Shown here piece after piece: positions 1 to 14,429 of a stretch of 64,000 nt of DNA (the stretch's first letter is position 1; the number at the start of each line of letters is the position of its first letter). A model generated the notes under the pieces. The model did no database searches. It had not been told where the DNA came from and saw nothing but the letters and a program-made list of their open reading frames with translations. Position numbers and translations under genes: made by a program. This DNA is from Antechinus flavipes (Eukaryota): NCBI RefSeq assembly GCF_016432865.1, contig NC_067400.1, positions 388,306,001 to 388,370,000 of the forward strand, read 5' to 3'.

Positions 1-39
1 CAGGCTATTCATTAAAGTATGTTTTTCAGGAAACACCCT

Positions 40-779
40 TGCCTGCCTAAGCCACCCTCCAGCCTCAGGAAGGAAGTGTTCAGAGTGGGCTGCAGGGGCC
101 TCTTGTTCAGTCAGTCAGAATGCAGGCTCTTAGTAATTGTTCAGTGGGCAGCTGCCCCTCTTCTGCACGAGCAGCCACTAGATAAAACATTTAAATCAAC
201 ATCAATCATTTTGGTAGAAGGGGGGAAAAAGGAATTATATTAGAACCCTATCATGGGGTCAGTGTCTCTTGTACAATACCAGAAATCTTCTGTGCAGAAC
301 AGATCCTTTCTTGTTATAGGAAACAAAAATGAATGCTAACTGTTTTTTAAGGGCCTGGGGTCTGAGTGGGGCTGGCCAGGGTTGCGGGGAAAGGATTGAT
401 GGTTTGGAAGACTTTAAAAGCCTGTATCTCTCTTCATTACAATCACAGTGTAGTCGACAGCAGTGCTGGCCTCCAGCATAGAGTGGCTCCCAGAGCATGG
501 AGCATTAGTGAGAAAGATCCAGCCTGATCAGCTGGAGCATCAATCACATTCAGAACAGTTAGCGCAGGTCCCCACCCAAATCGCTTAGATATGAAAAACG
601 GTGCCTCATCGTTGAATCTGAAATTCATTTAGACAAGTGCACTGACACCGACCACCACTTCTTCCTACAGCAGCAAAAAAGCTGCAACTCCAACCCTCCC
701 AAGAACTCTGTGGAGAAACAGCTCCTTCTACTACTGAATAGTTTCTGGAAACATAAGAGCTGAGCTTTGGTGCAGGAAG
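40..779 (+). promoter_or_regulatory. CpG-retaining, GC-richer unique region; candidate promoter plus non-coding first exon ending at a splice donor
   Basis: 8 CpGs in ~500 bp (6 between 455 and 650) against a CpG-depleted background. Motifs: CACCC box 52-60, ETS AGGAAGT 71-77, palindrome GGGCAGCTGCCC 146-157, AGATAA 180-185, donor AAG|GTAACT at 779/780. No recognisable protein in any frame. Confidence 0.4.
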
Positions 780-913
780 GTAACTTATCCCCTCATTTTA
801 ATGATAGGGAAATAGCAGGAGCTCCCCTGATATTCTGTTAACTTCCCAATTACGAAGGGTGACTCATTGAATCAATTCTTTTGTCTAATTCCACAGTTTA
901 TTATTTTCTTCAC

Positions 914-1170
914 AATAATAATAGCTATCCTTTCTATAGCATTTGAAGGTTTCAAATAATTTTACAAATATAATCTCATTTTATACTTATAGAAACCCAG
1001 GGAGAGAGGTATTATATGTTATAGACATAATATATAGATATGTTATAGGAGGAAATTGAGACTGAGAGAAATTAAGTGATTTACCCAGAGATACACAGGC
1101 TATTAAGTGACAGAATATGAATTTGGATTCTGAACTTTGTGAGTCCAAGTCCATTACTCTATCCATTATT
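914..1170 (-). mobile_element. MIR-family SINE
   Basis: Reverse-strand CORE-like sequence (gaggaaattgagactgagagaaattaagtgatttaccc...tccaagtcc...ctctatcca). Confidence 0.6.
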
Positions 1171-1699
1171 TAAAAAAAAAAAGCTTATGGCCAATAACTT
1201 GGCCATAATTTTTGCACATGGTAAAAATTTTGCAGAACTTTGAATGCACTAACACAACACAATGATTCAGTGTTTAACAATAAGATGCTTTAGAAACATT
1301 TGTTGACTTCTCTTGATGGCATAATGGGGAAGAACCCTGGGTTGGAATTCCATTTCTACTTAGTACTTGTGTGACCTTGACCTTTTATAATCTCAATTTC
1401 TTTTTGGAAAACAAAGGTATTGGATTAGGTTATCTAAAAGAGGTTTTCTACCTCCAAATTCTATGACTATTGTGAATACTGACAGAAGGTAAGATTTTTT
1501 ACACCCTCTGAGAACTATTAGTACTGCAGACCATCTTGGTGATGCTATACTCACAATGGATTATGCAGCATCCAAAATGCTTAGTAGAGAAAAAATGCCA
1601 AAAAATGTTAGAATTTATGGATTACTGATTTAGCAATTGATACTCCCTTCTCTAAGCTCTATCCTAGGATAATGTCTGGGAGCCACATAGAGATCTAGG

Positions 1700-1915
1700 A
1701 GGTATAATAAATAGAGCATTGGACTCTGGAATACCTGAGATCCAATTCTACTTCAAATATTTTCTAGCTAGATGACCATGGGCAAATTACTCTCTCTAAT
1801 ATTCAGCTGTAAAATGGGGACAATAATTACACCTACTTCATACGATTGTGGGGATAACATAAAACAATCATGAAGTATTTTGCAAAGTGTTACACAAATG
1901 GTTATTATTACTATG
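1700..1915 (+). mobile_element. MIR-family SINE
   Basis: atagagcattggact...gaccatgggcaaatt...ctgtaaaatgggg...tattttgcaaagtg. Confidence 0.6.
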
Positions 1916-4464
1916 ATTTAACATACATTAGTCCACTTCATTCCCATATTAGAGTTGGAAGGGATCTTAAAGATTAGTTATTAGTTATTCTAACCTCTCT
2001 TTTTACAGTTGAAGAAATTGCAGGGTAGAGATGCCAAATATTTGAAGTTTTCAGTTTTCCCTTGCAAAATCAAATCAGTAACTTTGTACAATATGAGGTT
2101 AAAATTAAGAATTGCATAAGGAAAAAATTGAACTTGATTGGGTTTAAAATTTGCAACTAACCACTCTGTACTTGCCTTTTATATTTGTTCCATCTCCATA
2201 TGATTACCATTTACAACCATTTAAATTAATCTATTTCTCTAAACTCAATAGTAATACATTTCTAGAATTTTGAAAATATTATATATATATAAAACACATT
2301 ATATATATACATATAAAACAATAAGCACAAAATATTTCTTTGGCTGGATAAATTTGTTTTTAGAATCTTAATGAATTTAGGTCTTATTGAAGTTTGTTCT
2401 TCATAAGATCTGCCTGAGGTGCAATCCATTTTTACATTGTAATAATATTTAGTAGTTTTAACCCATTTGATTGATTTCTTTGTGATTGTACTACAAACAG
2501 AATCTTAAAATTAGAAGGGATCTCAGAGATCATTACTAATAATCTCTTTAATAACATGACAGACAAGGTTACATTTACCTTCTGCTTCAGAATCAAGAAA
2601 AATAATACAGGTAAAGTACTTTGTAAACCACAAAGAGCTATATTAGCTGTAATGTTATTGTTATTTTTTTATTCTATTAACAATGTTTGATTTAAAGACC
2701 TCAAATAATGGGGAACCCACTTTTCAGTTCATTGATAATATTAAGGAAAATTGTTTTTGAAAGAATTTGCTGCGTTGTGGGTTCCTCCAAAGAGACTAGA
2801 GTAGTGATGTGGGATTAAAGGTGGTGGTGTGATTTTCCTGACTGGGGGTGGTTTATGGGAGACTATATTCTTGTGTTTGTTTTGTGATAATAAATCCCAT
2901 TTGCTTAGAACATAGTTATGAAGTTCCTTCTCCTCTCACCTTTGCACAAGAATTTTGAATGAAAGGAAATGAAAAGATCAGAAGCTCTGGATAATTTTAT
3001 AAATGCCATTTAACACTTTAAAAGATGATTTTTCTTTACTACAAAATGTGGTCTTTTCTACTTAGTAGGATAATCTCCATCATAAGTCTCTTCCTCATCT
3101 CATACTTACTTTGTATAGCTCACCCCTTTAAGTTCTTAGTAAAGTGTATGTACTAGTCACTAATACATACATGATTAGTACATAATACTCATCATTAACT
3201 TTTTTTTTTACTGAAACCATATTTTTCTATCATATACATTTCCAGCTGCATATTTCCTTATTGATCCTTTAAAAGCACAGTAGGTGCTAAATAAATGTTG
3301 GTAGATTGATTACTTAGTGACCTTAGTGATGCTATCAAGAAATTTCTCTCAGCTTCAACTTTCTCATTAGTAAAAAATGAGGGATTTGTGCAGGGTCATT
3401 TCTAAAGATCCTTCTAGAGCAGACATTCTCAGATTACTCTTTGACATCGTTCCCATTATTCATTTGCAAAGCTTTTGTGATGTTTATCAAGTTAACTTGT
3501 CTCTCATTAACTAGTTTATTCATTGCTTTAGTGGAGATCCAGGTGCTTGGAGAGTGACAGGAGATGGACATATTGGGAAATGCAATGACTATCACCACTA
3601 TTGGCACTTCTGACTGGTTTGCATGGCTCAATAGATATGCTCTTAATTGGCTCTTTTGTTATATGTTAAAGAAGCTTAAATTAAAAAAAAATAAAAGCAA
3701 TGAAAAAATCTTTGAAAGGAAGGTCACTGCAAAGCAATACATGCTGTTGATTTTAGAAACATTTTCTCTATGGCAAATTCTTTAAAGAATCAAAATCCAG
3801 CGGTTTTCTTCTTTGATCTACAAGAATACAATTTGCTTGTACAGAATGGGCTCAGGATTATGAATTTATGTTTGTTACCTTTTTTCTCTACAGTGTCAGG
3901 AGTACAGAAATCCTTCATTGTCGTGTATACTTTGTCTACTCAAGTGCTGCTTAAGTCACTTCAAAACAAAGCAAGATAACAAGATTGATCATGGTCTGGA
4001 ATCCTGAGGAAAGAGCTCTTCTCTATTAGAAACTGTCTGCCATTTGCCGAAGAAAGATGGATTGATAAAAGCTATTAAAAACTTGAATTAATGCATATTT
4101 TATGAACTCAACAACATTAAGGGGAAGATTAAACTTAAAGGTGGCCATTTCAGGCTTTACACAGCACTTTCTAATTTTATTTTCATCCTTTAGAGTAGTG
4201 TGGGTGTAATGCCAGCAGACCAATTATGTTACATAGATGAAATAACTATCTTCAGCAGCTTTGCAATCAAGAACTTATTGTCTAAAAATCTTCTTAGTGT
4301 TTATAATGTAAAACTTGCCCAGGCATCTGCTTTTTTATCTGGGCACAATTTACTGTGTTCATTGTACATGTGTCTTTGTATCTTTTATAAGGTTATAGTT
4401 GCCTGGGGATGAGTATAAAAGTACCTACTGAGATTATAAGATGATGGGAGAAAAGGGTGATTCC

Positions 4465-4650
4465 TAGTCAGTCAGTAAGTCAATAAACATTTAAAAATGC
4501 CTACTATGGGTGAGGCGCTATATTAAGCACTGGGGATACAAATAAAGGTAAAAGATAGTGCCTGCTCTTGAGCAGCTCACAGTTTAATGGGAGACAAAAA
4601 ATGTGAATAACTATGTACAAATAAACTATATACAGGACAAATTCAAAATA
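4465..4650 (-). mobile_element. L2 LINE 3' end fragment
   Basis: agtcagtcagtaagtcaataaacattt...cctactatg...aagcactggggatacaaa...agctcacagtttaatggg. Confidence 0.6.
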
Positions 4651-5819
4651 ATCCTAGTAGGTTATATCCTGATGGTAGGAAAGAAAGAGTTTCAAAGATG
4701 ACATTTAGGTATTTCTTTCAATCGGACTCTATAAACTTAGGTCTTCACAGGATTTCTGATCTAGTCTTTTTACCCTACTTCCCTGAGGAAGAAATTGTAT
4801 TAGCTCCCCTTTGTATTCAGTCTCACTACAGGAGAGCAGATAAAACTGTTTTGGGAGTGATCATACCAGTTTTTTTTTTTTTTTTTTTTTTAACCAGGAT
4901 AGAGAGGCAACATTTTAAACAGGATACTTAAGAATTAATGTTCTTTATGTTGCTTGGCAAAGGGTAGTTATCGATGGGTAGTAAAACAGATAAAAAATTA
5001 GGAACTAAAAATAGCCCCCAAAATCAAAGATATGTTAATAACAAAAAGATGAGCTGATCACATTGTGAAATGGAAGAATGAGAAAATCCTATGTGTCACA
5101 CTGGTATTCTTATGATATATATAAAAAAGAAAAACAACAACAAAACAAAACCAAGAAAGGCCCCTCAGAACAGTGAATAGAAGGATTTTATCAAACTTTT
5201 GGTAGTATAGAGATAATAATCCACTTCTATGAGTTTTACTAATATTCAATGTAGCTGGGATGGGCAGTGGATAGTGGTACTGCTGTCTCTCTATGGTTCT
5301 GCTCCAATCCAATCTCATGAATTATGGCTGCATCTGCCCCAGACTTGGAAGTCAAATAACTGGAATGGGGAGTCCATGATGATAAATAATTCAAGTTAAT
5401 TTTAGCTTGAATATAGAGAAAAGCAAGTTGAAATTCCATCCTAACCCCATGGAGATTTATATGAGGGTGATCCATATGTAATAATAACATAAAAACAGAT
5501 AACAATATATTAGAGTGTCTCATTGCTTGAAAGAACTCCAGAAATTTTGCTCAAGGAATAGTTGTATAAAGTCTGAACTCAGAGTTAGAGTTCCTCATGA
5601 GATCCATTCATTGACCACGGATGTTCTCTCTAGGTACCCCTTTCAACTAGGTATGATCTGTACAGCCCAGTGATATGCTTGTATCTGTTCAATCAAAGTT
5701 GACAAGTTAAGTATACTTAAGTTAATTTTTCTTAAATACAAATGGCAGTAGTTGAATAGAGAGATAAACTAACAAATCAATTTATGAGTTATCCAGAAGT
5801 AATGAGAAGAAGCTGGATG

Positions 5820-6050
5820 ATATAGCAGGCAAAAAAATGGTTGTGAAGTTAAGAATATCTGAGTTCAAATCAAACTTCAGACAGTAACTGTGGGACCCTG
5901 GAAAAATCATTTAATCTCTGTCTACCTTAGTTTCTTTAGTTGTAAAATGGAGATATTAATAGTCCCTACTCCAAGATTGTTGGGAAGAATCAAATAAAAT
6001 AATATTTGCAAAGTATCTATACCTGGTAAAGTAGGCACTTAACCAATGCA
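5820..6050 (+). mobile_element. MIR-family SINE
   Basis: ctgagttcaaatc...tcatttaatctct...tgtaaaatggagatattaatagt...aatatttgcaaag. Confidence 0.65.
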
Positions 6051-8574
6051 AATTTTCTTCCTTCCATTTAAAGAAGAAAATTTAGATTACTATCTCCTTT
6101 GATATATAGATATTGGTGCAAGTCACCTTTTGATGAGGTCTTCTTTTGATAACTTGAAGATGGAGACTATGCATTTATAGTGTCTATCAAAGAGAGATAT
6201 AAAAATGGGCCAACTCTATGGGCCATCTCATTGTATTCTGTAATCTGGACAATTAATATTCATCCATTTGATTTTTTCCTGTATGTTTAATAAGGCCAAA
6301 CTCCTTTATATAATTGTGGTTGCTCTGTACTTTTCTTGGACTTGATAAAAATTATGTATAGGGAGGATTGTTTTCATTTTGACTCTGCAGTGAAAATCCT
6401 ATTTGACAATGGCAAATAGCTTTATTATGCATATGTTGTCCCATTTTGAGTCTTGATTGCTATTGATAATTACATTACTTTCAAAAAAGTGATATCTGTT
6501 ATATTTTTAAAAATATGATGTTGAAATATGCATAGGAGAAACCTTTTGGAGAATAACATTTAAGAAGATATTTTCCCCTGGGTAATTAATAGGCTTTTCA
6601 AAAAAATCAACAATCAATAAGTCTATTAGGATCTTATGTTTCCCCACACTGTTCAATACATTCTGTCATAGCAAAGGTATAGTCCACTATAGATGATAAC
6701 TTCTGAAAGCTTGCTTATTCTTTCCTCAGATTTAGGTTAAAGATTCCCTTCATTTTTGAGTAGATTAGTCTCATGAAATTTTTTTGGTAGAAATAGGAAA
6801 GGTACATCAGATAATTAAATTTCTTATCTTTTGTTAATAACTTGTGATAATACTATTTGATCTCCTAAATCTTTGGCATTCTCCTCACCCACTTCTTTTT
6901 AAAAATATCTTGAAAATTGACACTATAATGTTATCAACATTGTGTATTCTCTAACGTGAACCATCTCTCTATATATTTAATCTACTATAGGTTGTCCTCC
7001 ATCTTTGATTTCTTCACTTCCCTTTATACTTCTTCATGTAGTACATCTGGACTTTGACATTAAAGACCAAATGTGATGACTCCATGATGACTCCATCATC
7101 AATGATTATGAAAGGAGTTTGTAATAAAAATTCTTAACGAAGCTTTTCTATGGTTTCTTGTGTAGAGAAAGAGCAAAAGTTTTTCTTCTAGATTTGACTC
7201 AGTTCCCTAGAACTGAAACATTATAGAAATGAAACATTTATCAGAGAAATTTGCTGCTAAGATCCCCCCTCAAATCTTCTACTTTCTTCTAATTTTAGTT
7301 GCATTGGTTTTGTTTGTAAAACAAAACAAAACAAAACAAACCTATATTTTATGTAATCAAAATGACTCATTTTATCACCTGTGAATTTCTTTATTCCTTA
7401 TTTGGTCATGAAGTTTCCCCCATCTCTAGATTTGACAGGTAATTTTTTTTTCACTAAATATGTATAAGTTTCTATTCCTTTTGGGAGTAGAGTTCAGGGA
7501 AACTTTAGTAACTAATAAAAGTAAGTGCTATGTGAGTGGAAAACAATAAGGGGTACTTTTTTCATTAAAAAGGAATGGTTCTTGCATGAACAGACAGTGG
7601 AGAAAACATTTGTTATACTCACGGGGTTTGTGGAGATAGTTTGCACTGTCTCTGGAGAGCAAATTGCAAAATTGTAGATTTACATCTTAGAAACCAGCCA
7701 AAACAATAAATTAAGACTTTAAAAATTACATTGTGATTGTCCAGACTTAAGAAAGTGATGGATAAAATGATAATAGTACAGATTAAACTTTAAAATGTTT
7801 TGTATATTTCTAGAGAGACAGTTAAACATTTACAGAAGTCTGATGGTTATACTTCAACTTTTATAGAAAATTAAGTATAAGTGTTATAGAATACTAATAA
7901 TATAGGCCTTCTCCTTGTAATTTCTTCTTAGAACCTATTTATAGAATAACAACAACTGTCAAAGAATTGTGTGTATACTGATCTATTTGTTGATTAGTGA
8001 ATCTAATAGTATTTTAGCCTAAATTGATCTATCCTAGTTATTTATATAAAACAAAACAAAAACAAACTTCCCTTTTCTACTATTAACTTTTAACTCAGAG
8101 ATTTGCTCAGAGATTAACCCAATGAGAGGTTAAGACAGGATTACATACCCAATATGTATCAGAGATAGAACTTGAAACTGTCTTCCTGAATCCATGGTTG
8201 CCTTTTTCTCATCTATAGACAGTATTAAAGAGAGAACATTGAAAAATCATATACACTTAATTAATCTGAGTTATTTTTATTATTTTGAAACAGAAAAAAA
8301 GATATTTCTCCCAAAATATGTATAATTATGACTTGCTTTCTTCATTTTAGATCTTGAATTAAGTCCCTCTTCTATCTATTTAAAAAAAAAATTTCCTGAC
8401 TCATAAGCCAGTAAGAGGCCTAGACAGAACTTACCTTGATATGCCTGACATTTTTATCTACTATGTAATGTGGTCCAAAACTAAGGGTCTTCTCCCAGAA
8501 TGATTTTTTTCTGATTAGGTAAAAAAAGCCCATTTTTTTGCTTTATTTTTTACCTAGTTTTAATTATTGAATGT

Positions 8575-8830
8575 GTTTTGCCTCAGACAAATGGAAACTT
8601 GGGAAAGACCTTAATTTTAAAAGGACAAGGTCTCCTACTGCATTCAGGAACACCTCCAGTTGCTCTGCTCTTGTCACTGGATCCAGATGGTTCTGGAGCT
8701 AAGATTGAGTCTGGTGATTTGGCACAACCTTCCCTCACTTAAATCCAGTTCACTTGCAAATCAAGATATCATCTTTCTGTTGTCATTAGTTCTTTTCAAG
8801 AATGAAAGACAAACAACAGCAACAACAATT
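8575..8830 (+). mobile_element. Marsupial RTE-related SINE, 3' part
   Basis: gcctcagacaa...ggaaagacctt...ccactggatccagatgg...cctcacttaaatccagttcacttgcaa...gaatgaaagacaaacaacagcaac tail. Confidence 0.5.
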
Positions 8831-10084
8831 TAATATATCCAGGGCCATATGAATATGTGTGTATGTGTGTGTATAAATACACACAGATTTTTATATAATT
8901 GTATATATTACATGATATATACCATATATAAATATAAATGTACAGGCATGCTGTCTGTTTGTCTATGGCTATGTAGTATGTTTTTGTGATTTCATAAAAA
9001 AAATAAGCATAGAAATTCTAAGTGAAGAAAATCCTACCAATAAATATAGCTCTACAACTGTTATGCAACTTATGGTTTTACAGAATTGTCTGTAATGTTG
9101 AAAAAGATAGGTGGATGCATAGGATAGCTAGATAGAACATTTATTAAGCACTCACTATGTGGTACTGTTCAAGTGTCGGGGATATAAATTCAAGAAAAAC
9201 AAGACTTTCAGGACCTTATATTATAATGAGAGAAAATAATACACAAAAGGGAATTGCAAGAGTGTAGGACTGTTTCTGGGATAGAGAAAGAAAAAGTTAA
9301 TTTATTGTATTTCTAAGGCCCAGGCCTGGGGTCCTAGATTCTAAAGTGAGAGAGATACAGATGAAGATCTTAGTACTTTTCTCTTAACAAGTTAAATGAT
9401 ATACTCAAAGTCACGTAATCAATATATGTTTGAGGTGATATTTAAACTAGTTCTAAAAAAAAGTTGCAAAGAACTTCAGTTCTTATTTTATTTCAATGTA
9501 ATGTAATAACTAATAAAATATGCTAGATTATAGCACTTACAGTCGTATTTAGCATTATTTTCACACTTTTACTAAGCATTTAAAACAACTTACTTCTTTA
9601 AAATTCTATCTCATTCTCATCTTAGATCATAGAAGTGACCTTAGTTATCAAATGGAACTACAGTTTTGCTGGATTCTACCAAGATATCAAGGCTTCAAGT
9701 ACAGCTAAGATATAACATGTGTCTATCATCTAAAGACCATCCTGTCTATATTAAGAGATTGGGGGACTGGGGACAGAACATAGGAAGTTATGATGATCAT
9801 TTATTAAGGCATAGGGTTGAGGAATTACTTGCTGTATTTGAAACTCATTCTCAACTCATGAAATCTTGAAACACTGAAATACCTTGAAATATTGAAGCAC
9901 TTAATTCTGGTCTCAATCCTCTAGTCTTCTCTACCATTCATCAGAAATCTTCTCACCCTCTAAGATCCCCCCACTTGTATGGCCCCTTCCTTTAATTGGT
10001 GAGTTCTTTCTAGAACTTAGATTTTCAGGAAATTTCCAAGCCAGTCTCACTTACTTCTTTTCTTATCTGGTAAGTTACAGTAGG

Positions 10085-10290
10085 GACTAGACACAGGTCT
10101 AGTGTAAGGTGTAAGGAACTTCCAAATAAGATAATTCTACAAATTCAGGTCGATACTTTCTCTGTAAGAAGTATCTTGGAGAGCTTTCCTGGGCATTGAG
10201 AAGATAATTTTGGCAGTATGTATATAAGGTAGAACTTGAACTCAGGTTTTCTGGCTTTGAAGCTTACTATTTCCACTAAGTCATGTTGAA
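10085..10290 (-). mobile_element. Marsupial CORE-SINE (Mar3-like)
   Basis: tcttggagagctttcctgggcattgaga...cagtatgt...agaacttgaactcaggttttctggct; related copies near 20555-20740 and 56990-57160. Confidence 0.45.
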
Positions 10291-10459
10291 GATAAGAATA
10301 TTTATTTTTAAGAAAAACAATACAATATCAGACACTCTCTATGCTAATTTTCATTGATAATTAATAATTGGTAAACCTGGAGATACAAAATGCAATTTTA
10401 GATAGCTGGTAAAAGTTTAGAGTGAACACAACAAATTTTTATTTTTGAAAATTTTGATA

Positions 10460-10822
10460 TTATATATTTTTTCAATTACATGTGAAGAGTTTTTAACATT
10501 CATATAAAAAAATTGAGCTCCAAATTTTTTCCCTTCATTTCTTTTCCTCTCTCTCTAAAATGGTAAACAATTTGACATGAGTAGTAGATGTGTGATCATG
10601 TAAAACATGTTTCCATATTAGATGTTGCAAAAATGAGAAACAGACCAAATTTTTAAAATAAAATGAAAACAGTATGCTTTGATTTGCATTCAGACTCCAT
10701 TAGTTCTTTCTCTAGATGTGGATAACACTCTCCATCATGTGTTCTTTGGAATTGTCTTAGATAATTGTATAGCTGAGAAGACCTAAGTCATCCATAGTTG
10801 ATCATCACACAGTATTGCTAAT
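10460..10822 (-). mobile_element. Older L1 3'UTR fragment
   Basis: ttttcaattacatgt...gagctccaaatttt...ctttgatttgcattcagactccattagttctttctct...gttgatcatcacacagtattgct. Confidence 0.65.
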
Positions 10823-13800
10823 AACAGTCAATTTTAAAGAACAATGCTTACTAAAAGGGTGGGTTTATGTCTCCATTTCCTTTCCCTATTTTCAAGATGA
10901 GTTAAATTTAAGTGTTTAAGTATCATACACCAGAAGAAGGAAGGACTTTTGGTGACACTGAGAGATGTGAGGAGTTAATATTTCCAGGCACGAGAACTAG
11001 TGAGAACAGTGAAGATGCTGTGAATGGGATATGTGATGTTATGGGTGAGGAATAGCATAGAAGCTAGCTTAGGGAACAGATTAGATCAGAGGGAGAACAG
11101 CTAATTTTTTAAGCAAAAAATCCCCATATTGTAAACTGGAAGATGGCAAAAGCATGCTGGTTAAGGGTAGTCTGCTGGTAATTTTAGTTTAATCTGTTTT
11201 TGTGCCCACACATCCAATTAAAAAGTGTATATGATACAATTAACAAATAACACCTACCTGTGCTCTTGAACATATGTTGGCATAGTGGGTTTGTCAATTT
11301 CATCATTTTAATATGGCCTTCCCTACCCAAGGGGATCCTACTAAGATCTTATTGTCAACTCACAATTCCTACTAAAGCATATGGAGATTCTGATCTTGTG
11401 CCAAGTTCTAAATTGGATCAGTTATACCTATATTTGAGTACGAAGAAGGAAAGATGGTAGAATGAAAGAAAAGAAACTGCAGATCTATTGTTTATTTTAG
11501 AAATGAGCACATGCTGATGAATAACAAGGTTGTGTAACTCCTGTTGAAACTTTCTCTAAAATAAAAAAAAATAAAGTGAATTATCTTTTCAAACATCTCT
11601 ATTAAAATCCTCATATATGTATTTCCCAATATAACTGCTGCCAAATGACCTTTTCATGTCTGTTTTTTCTCTCTTAATGTTTTAATCACACACACACACA
11701 CAGACAGACAAACAAGCCGATAGACACAACAGATAGAAAGGCAAGTAGATAAGATACAGACACACTCCAAGAACCTGAAGAATATGCCTGTTAAATTTTT
11801 CTTCAAAGAGTTTGCACTTAGCTTCTATGCTTTTAAGAAGCAGGTATTGTTTCAGATTTCTTGCTACAGAAATGTAACTTCATTTGTCAGACCAATAACA
11901 GAACAATACTTGCCAGTGTTTCTTTTATTGATCTCATGTGAAGGTTTAAAGCAGTGCCTGATGTGAGGTGATATCCAAGGTCAAAATCATGCTGTCTCTA
12001 CTCCTATAGAAGCTTTCAGAAGTGGAATCCTAAAGCTGGAGTCAGTATTTTTGTGTTTGTTTGCTTCCATAGGCTAGCTGTGAGGCAAAGAAAGAACAAA
12101 AGTTACGATGAGACAACAGTCTAGGAGCAGTAATAAAGACAGAAAAGAGACACTAAGGAATATCAGTTTTGGGGAATGGTGCTTGCATAGATAGTCAGAG
12201 ACAAAAAAGGGCACTGCTCCTGTCATCTCCCTGGAATTACTTCCCATTTACACCATTGGTTGTTTATACGTTCTCTATTTCAATTAGTTTGTGAGCTGAG
12301 GGAAAGAAAGGGGGAAAGGAGGATAATTTTGAAGAAATTTGATGGATAAGATTGAGGAGGAAAGTGATCTAATGACCTCAAATGTTTTGATAAAGTAATC
12401 TTTTGCTGAAGAGTGGAATTGGCAGTGAAGAATAAAATCTTAGGCAGAAAAGAGTCAGTGAGGTATAAAATATTCAAATTATTTTGGTCATTGTCTTGAT
12501 TTTTTCCCCACTAATTTTTGACAGAATTGAGGAGTCAGCCTTAAGAGGGAAGTGTATTGCATTTGTAGGCAATCTGCATGCACTACAATCATCATTATTA
12601 AAGGTCCCCCAAAGAAAGTTCTTACAACTAAAATTCTTAGCACTATTAAATGGTTCAGTCTCAGATATGACTATGATTTTATCAGTAGAAATTACATTGA
12701 AGAAGTATTGCAATCTGCATTGTCACTAAGGACTATGGGACTTTTCTATCAGACATACAGCTGAAATTTTCCCTATTTGTTTTTGTTTTTTTTTTTTTTT
12801 TGCATTAGAATGTGATCAATTTGAAAGGAGGAATTGTCTTATTTTTCAACATGTGACCCCAGCACTTAACACAGTGTGTTGCATGTAATAAATAAATGCT
12901 TTGTTTATCCACTGATTTGGAATCAGAGTACTTAGGTACAAATTCCAACTAGTGGTCTGACCTTACTGTGCCTCAGATTTCTTATCAATAAAAGGAGAGA
13001 GTTTGATAATAAAAATCATTTTAAAACTTGCCTCCAGACTTTACTCTGTGATCTTGAATAATTCTGTGATTTCCCTGCTTGTAAAAATTGTTAGGCCTAT
13101 CTAGCATCCCTCTCTCCCTAAAAAAAAGGCTTGATTGATAAATATGTAGTTGATTCAGGCAGCTCTGATTATCTCACTCTGTTGATCTTCAATTATCTAA
13201 GTAACTCTTTTCAACCTTCATTGCTGTCCTCACTGGCATATTCTATTTGTGTGACCTTGGGCAAGGTGTTGTAGGATTTCAGTTTTCTCATCTGTAAAAT
13301 AAGGTGGTTAGACTAGATAATTTCTAAAGTTCCATGTAGGACTAAAACAATCAACTGGACAACTAGTTCTTACTACATTCTATGTACTATACTAAGACTT
13401 GAAGATCCAAGGAAAGGCAAAAACAAAGTACCAGCTCAATGTCTAATGGGAAGAAGCAACATGTAAAAGACTTAGAGTATAAATAGGCAATCCCAGAGAA
13501 ATGGCACTAGCAGTGTATGTGTGTGTGTGTGTAGAAGAATGCCAGGAATGTAGATTTTATGAAGCATGTTGTGTCATAGGGGAGGAACAGCATAAACAAT
13601 GTTCCTTGATAGATAGAAAAAATAAAATTTTAAGAAAGAAGACTGGAAAGGTAAGAAGAGGCCTGGTTGTGAAGTTATTTAATAGCCAAAATAGGGAATT
13701 TTATATTTGATTGTGGAGATGATAAAAAGTCCTTGGTGTTTATGCTCAGTTCTGTGCTTTAAAAAAATTATATATATATATATATATAATTTTTATTTTA

Positions 13801-14429
13801 TATATATATATATATATACATATATATAACATTTCTGTGTTAAAGACTATTGCACACACTGTATAGGCAATGTCCATTTTACTGAGTATTCTCAGTTTCT
13901 TTGGCACTTAAGTTTTCAGACTAATAAACTGCTAACAATTTCTCCTTGCATTTTGTAAAAGCTACTGGCTAGAAAAAATCCACATATTTAACAAGAGCTC
14001 AGGATGATATACCAAAATATTATTCTCCCTTTAAAAGGCTAATGTGAATTAGAAATTAAGACTGAATGAAAAAATAGGAGCTTTGGGTTGTAGACTTAAC
14101 ATCATTTCAATTCCTCTTTAGCAATATCTTTTAAATGATTTTCTGAGATTTCTTTTACTTCTAAATGTTTTGCAGGGGAATAGAGATGTTTTTCTCCAAG
14201 TCACTCAGTTGGGGAATCATAAAATGGAGGCTGGTGGCAAATGGTGGCAAAAATGAGGAGGCAACCTCATATCAGTAAATATCTTCCCCCTTTATCTTTA
14301 ATCTCTTTCACGCTATTGACCCTTTCTTCACTGCCTATTCCATTCTTCAGAAAAGGATACTTTATTGTGAAATTTGAGGCCATGAGTTAACTTTTCTTAA
14401 TCTTAAATATCAAATTACTTCAATATCAA

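Noticed and set aside
259-628. Minus-strand ORFs of 79 and 61 aa in the CpG-rich region
   Set aside because: No recognisable homology or domain; other frames are equally open because of higher GC. More likely UTR or regulatory DNA.
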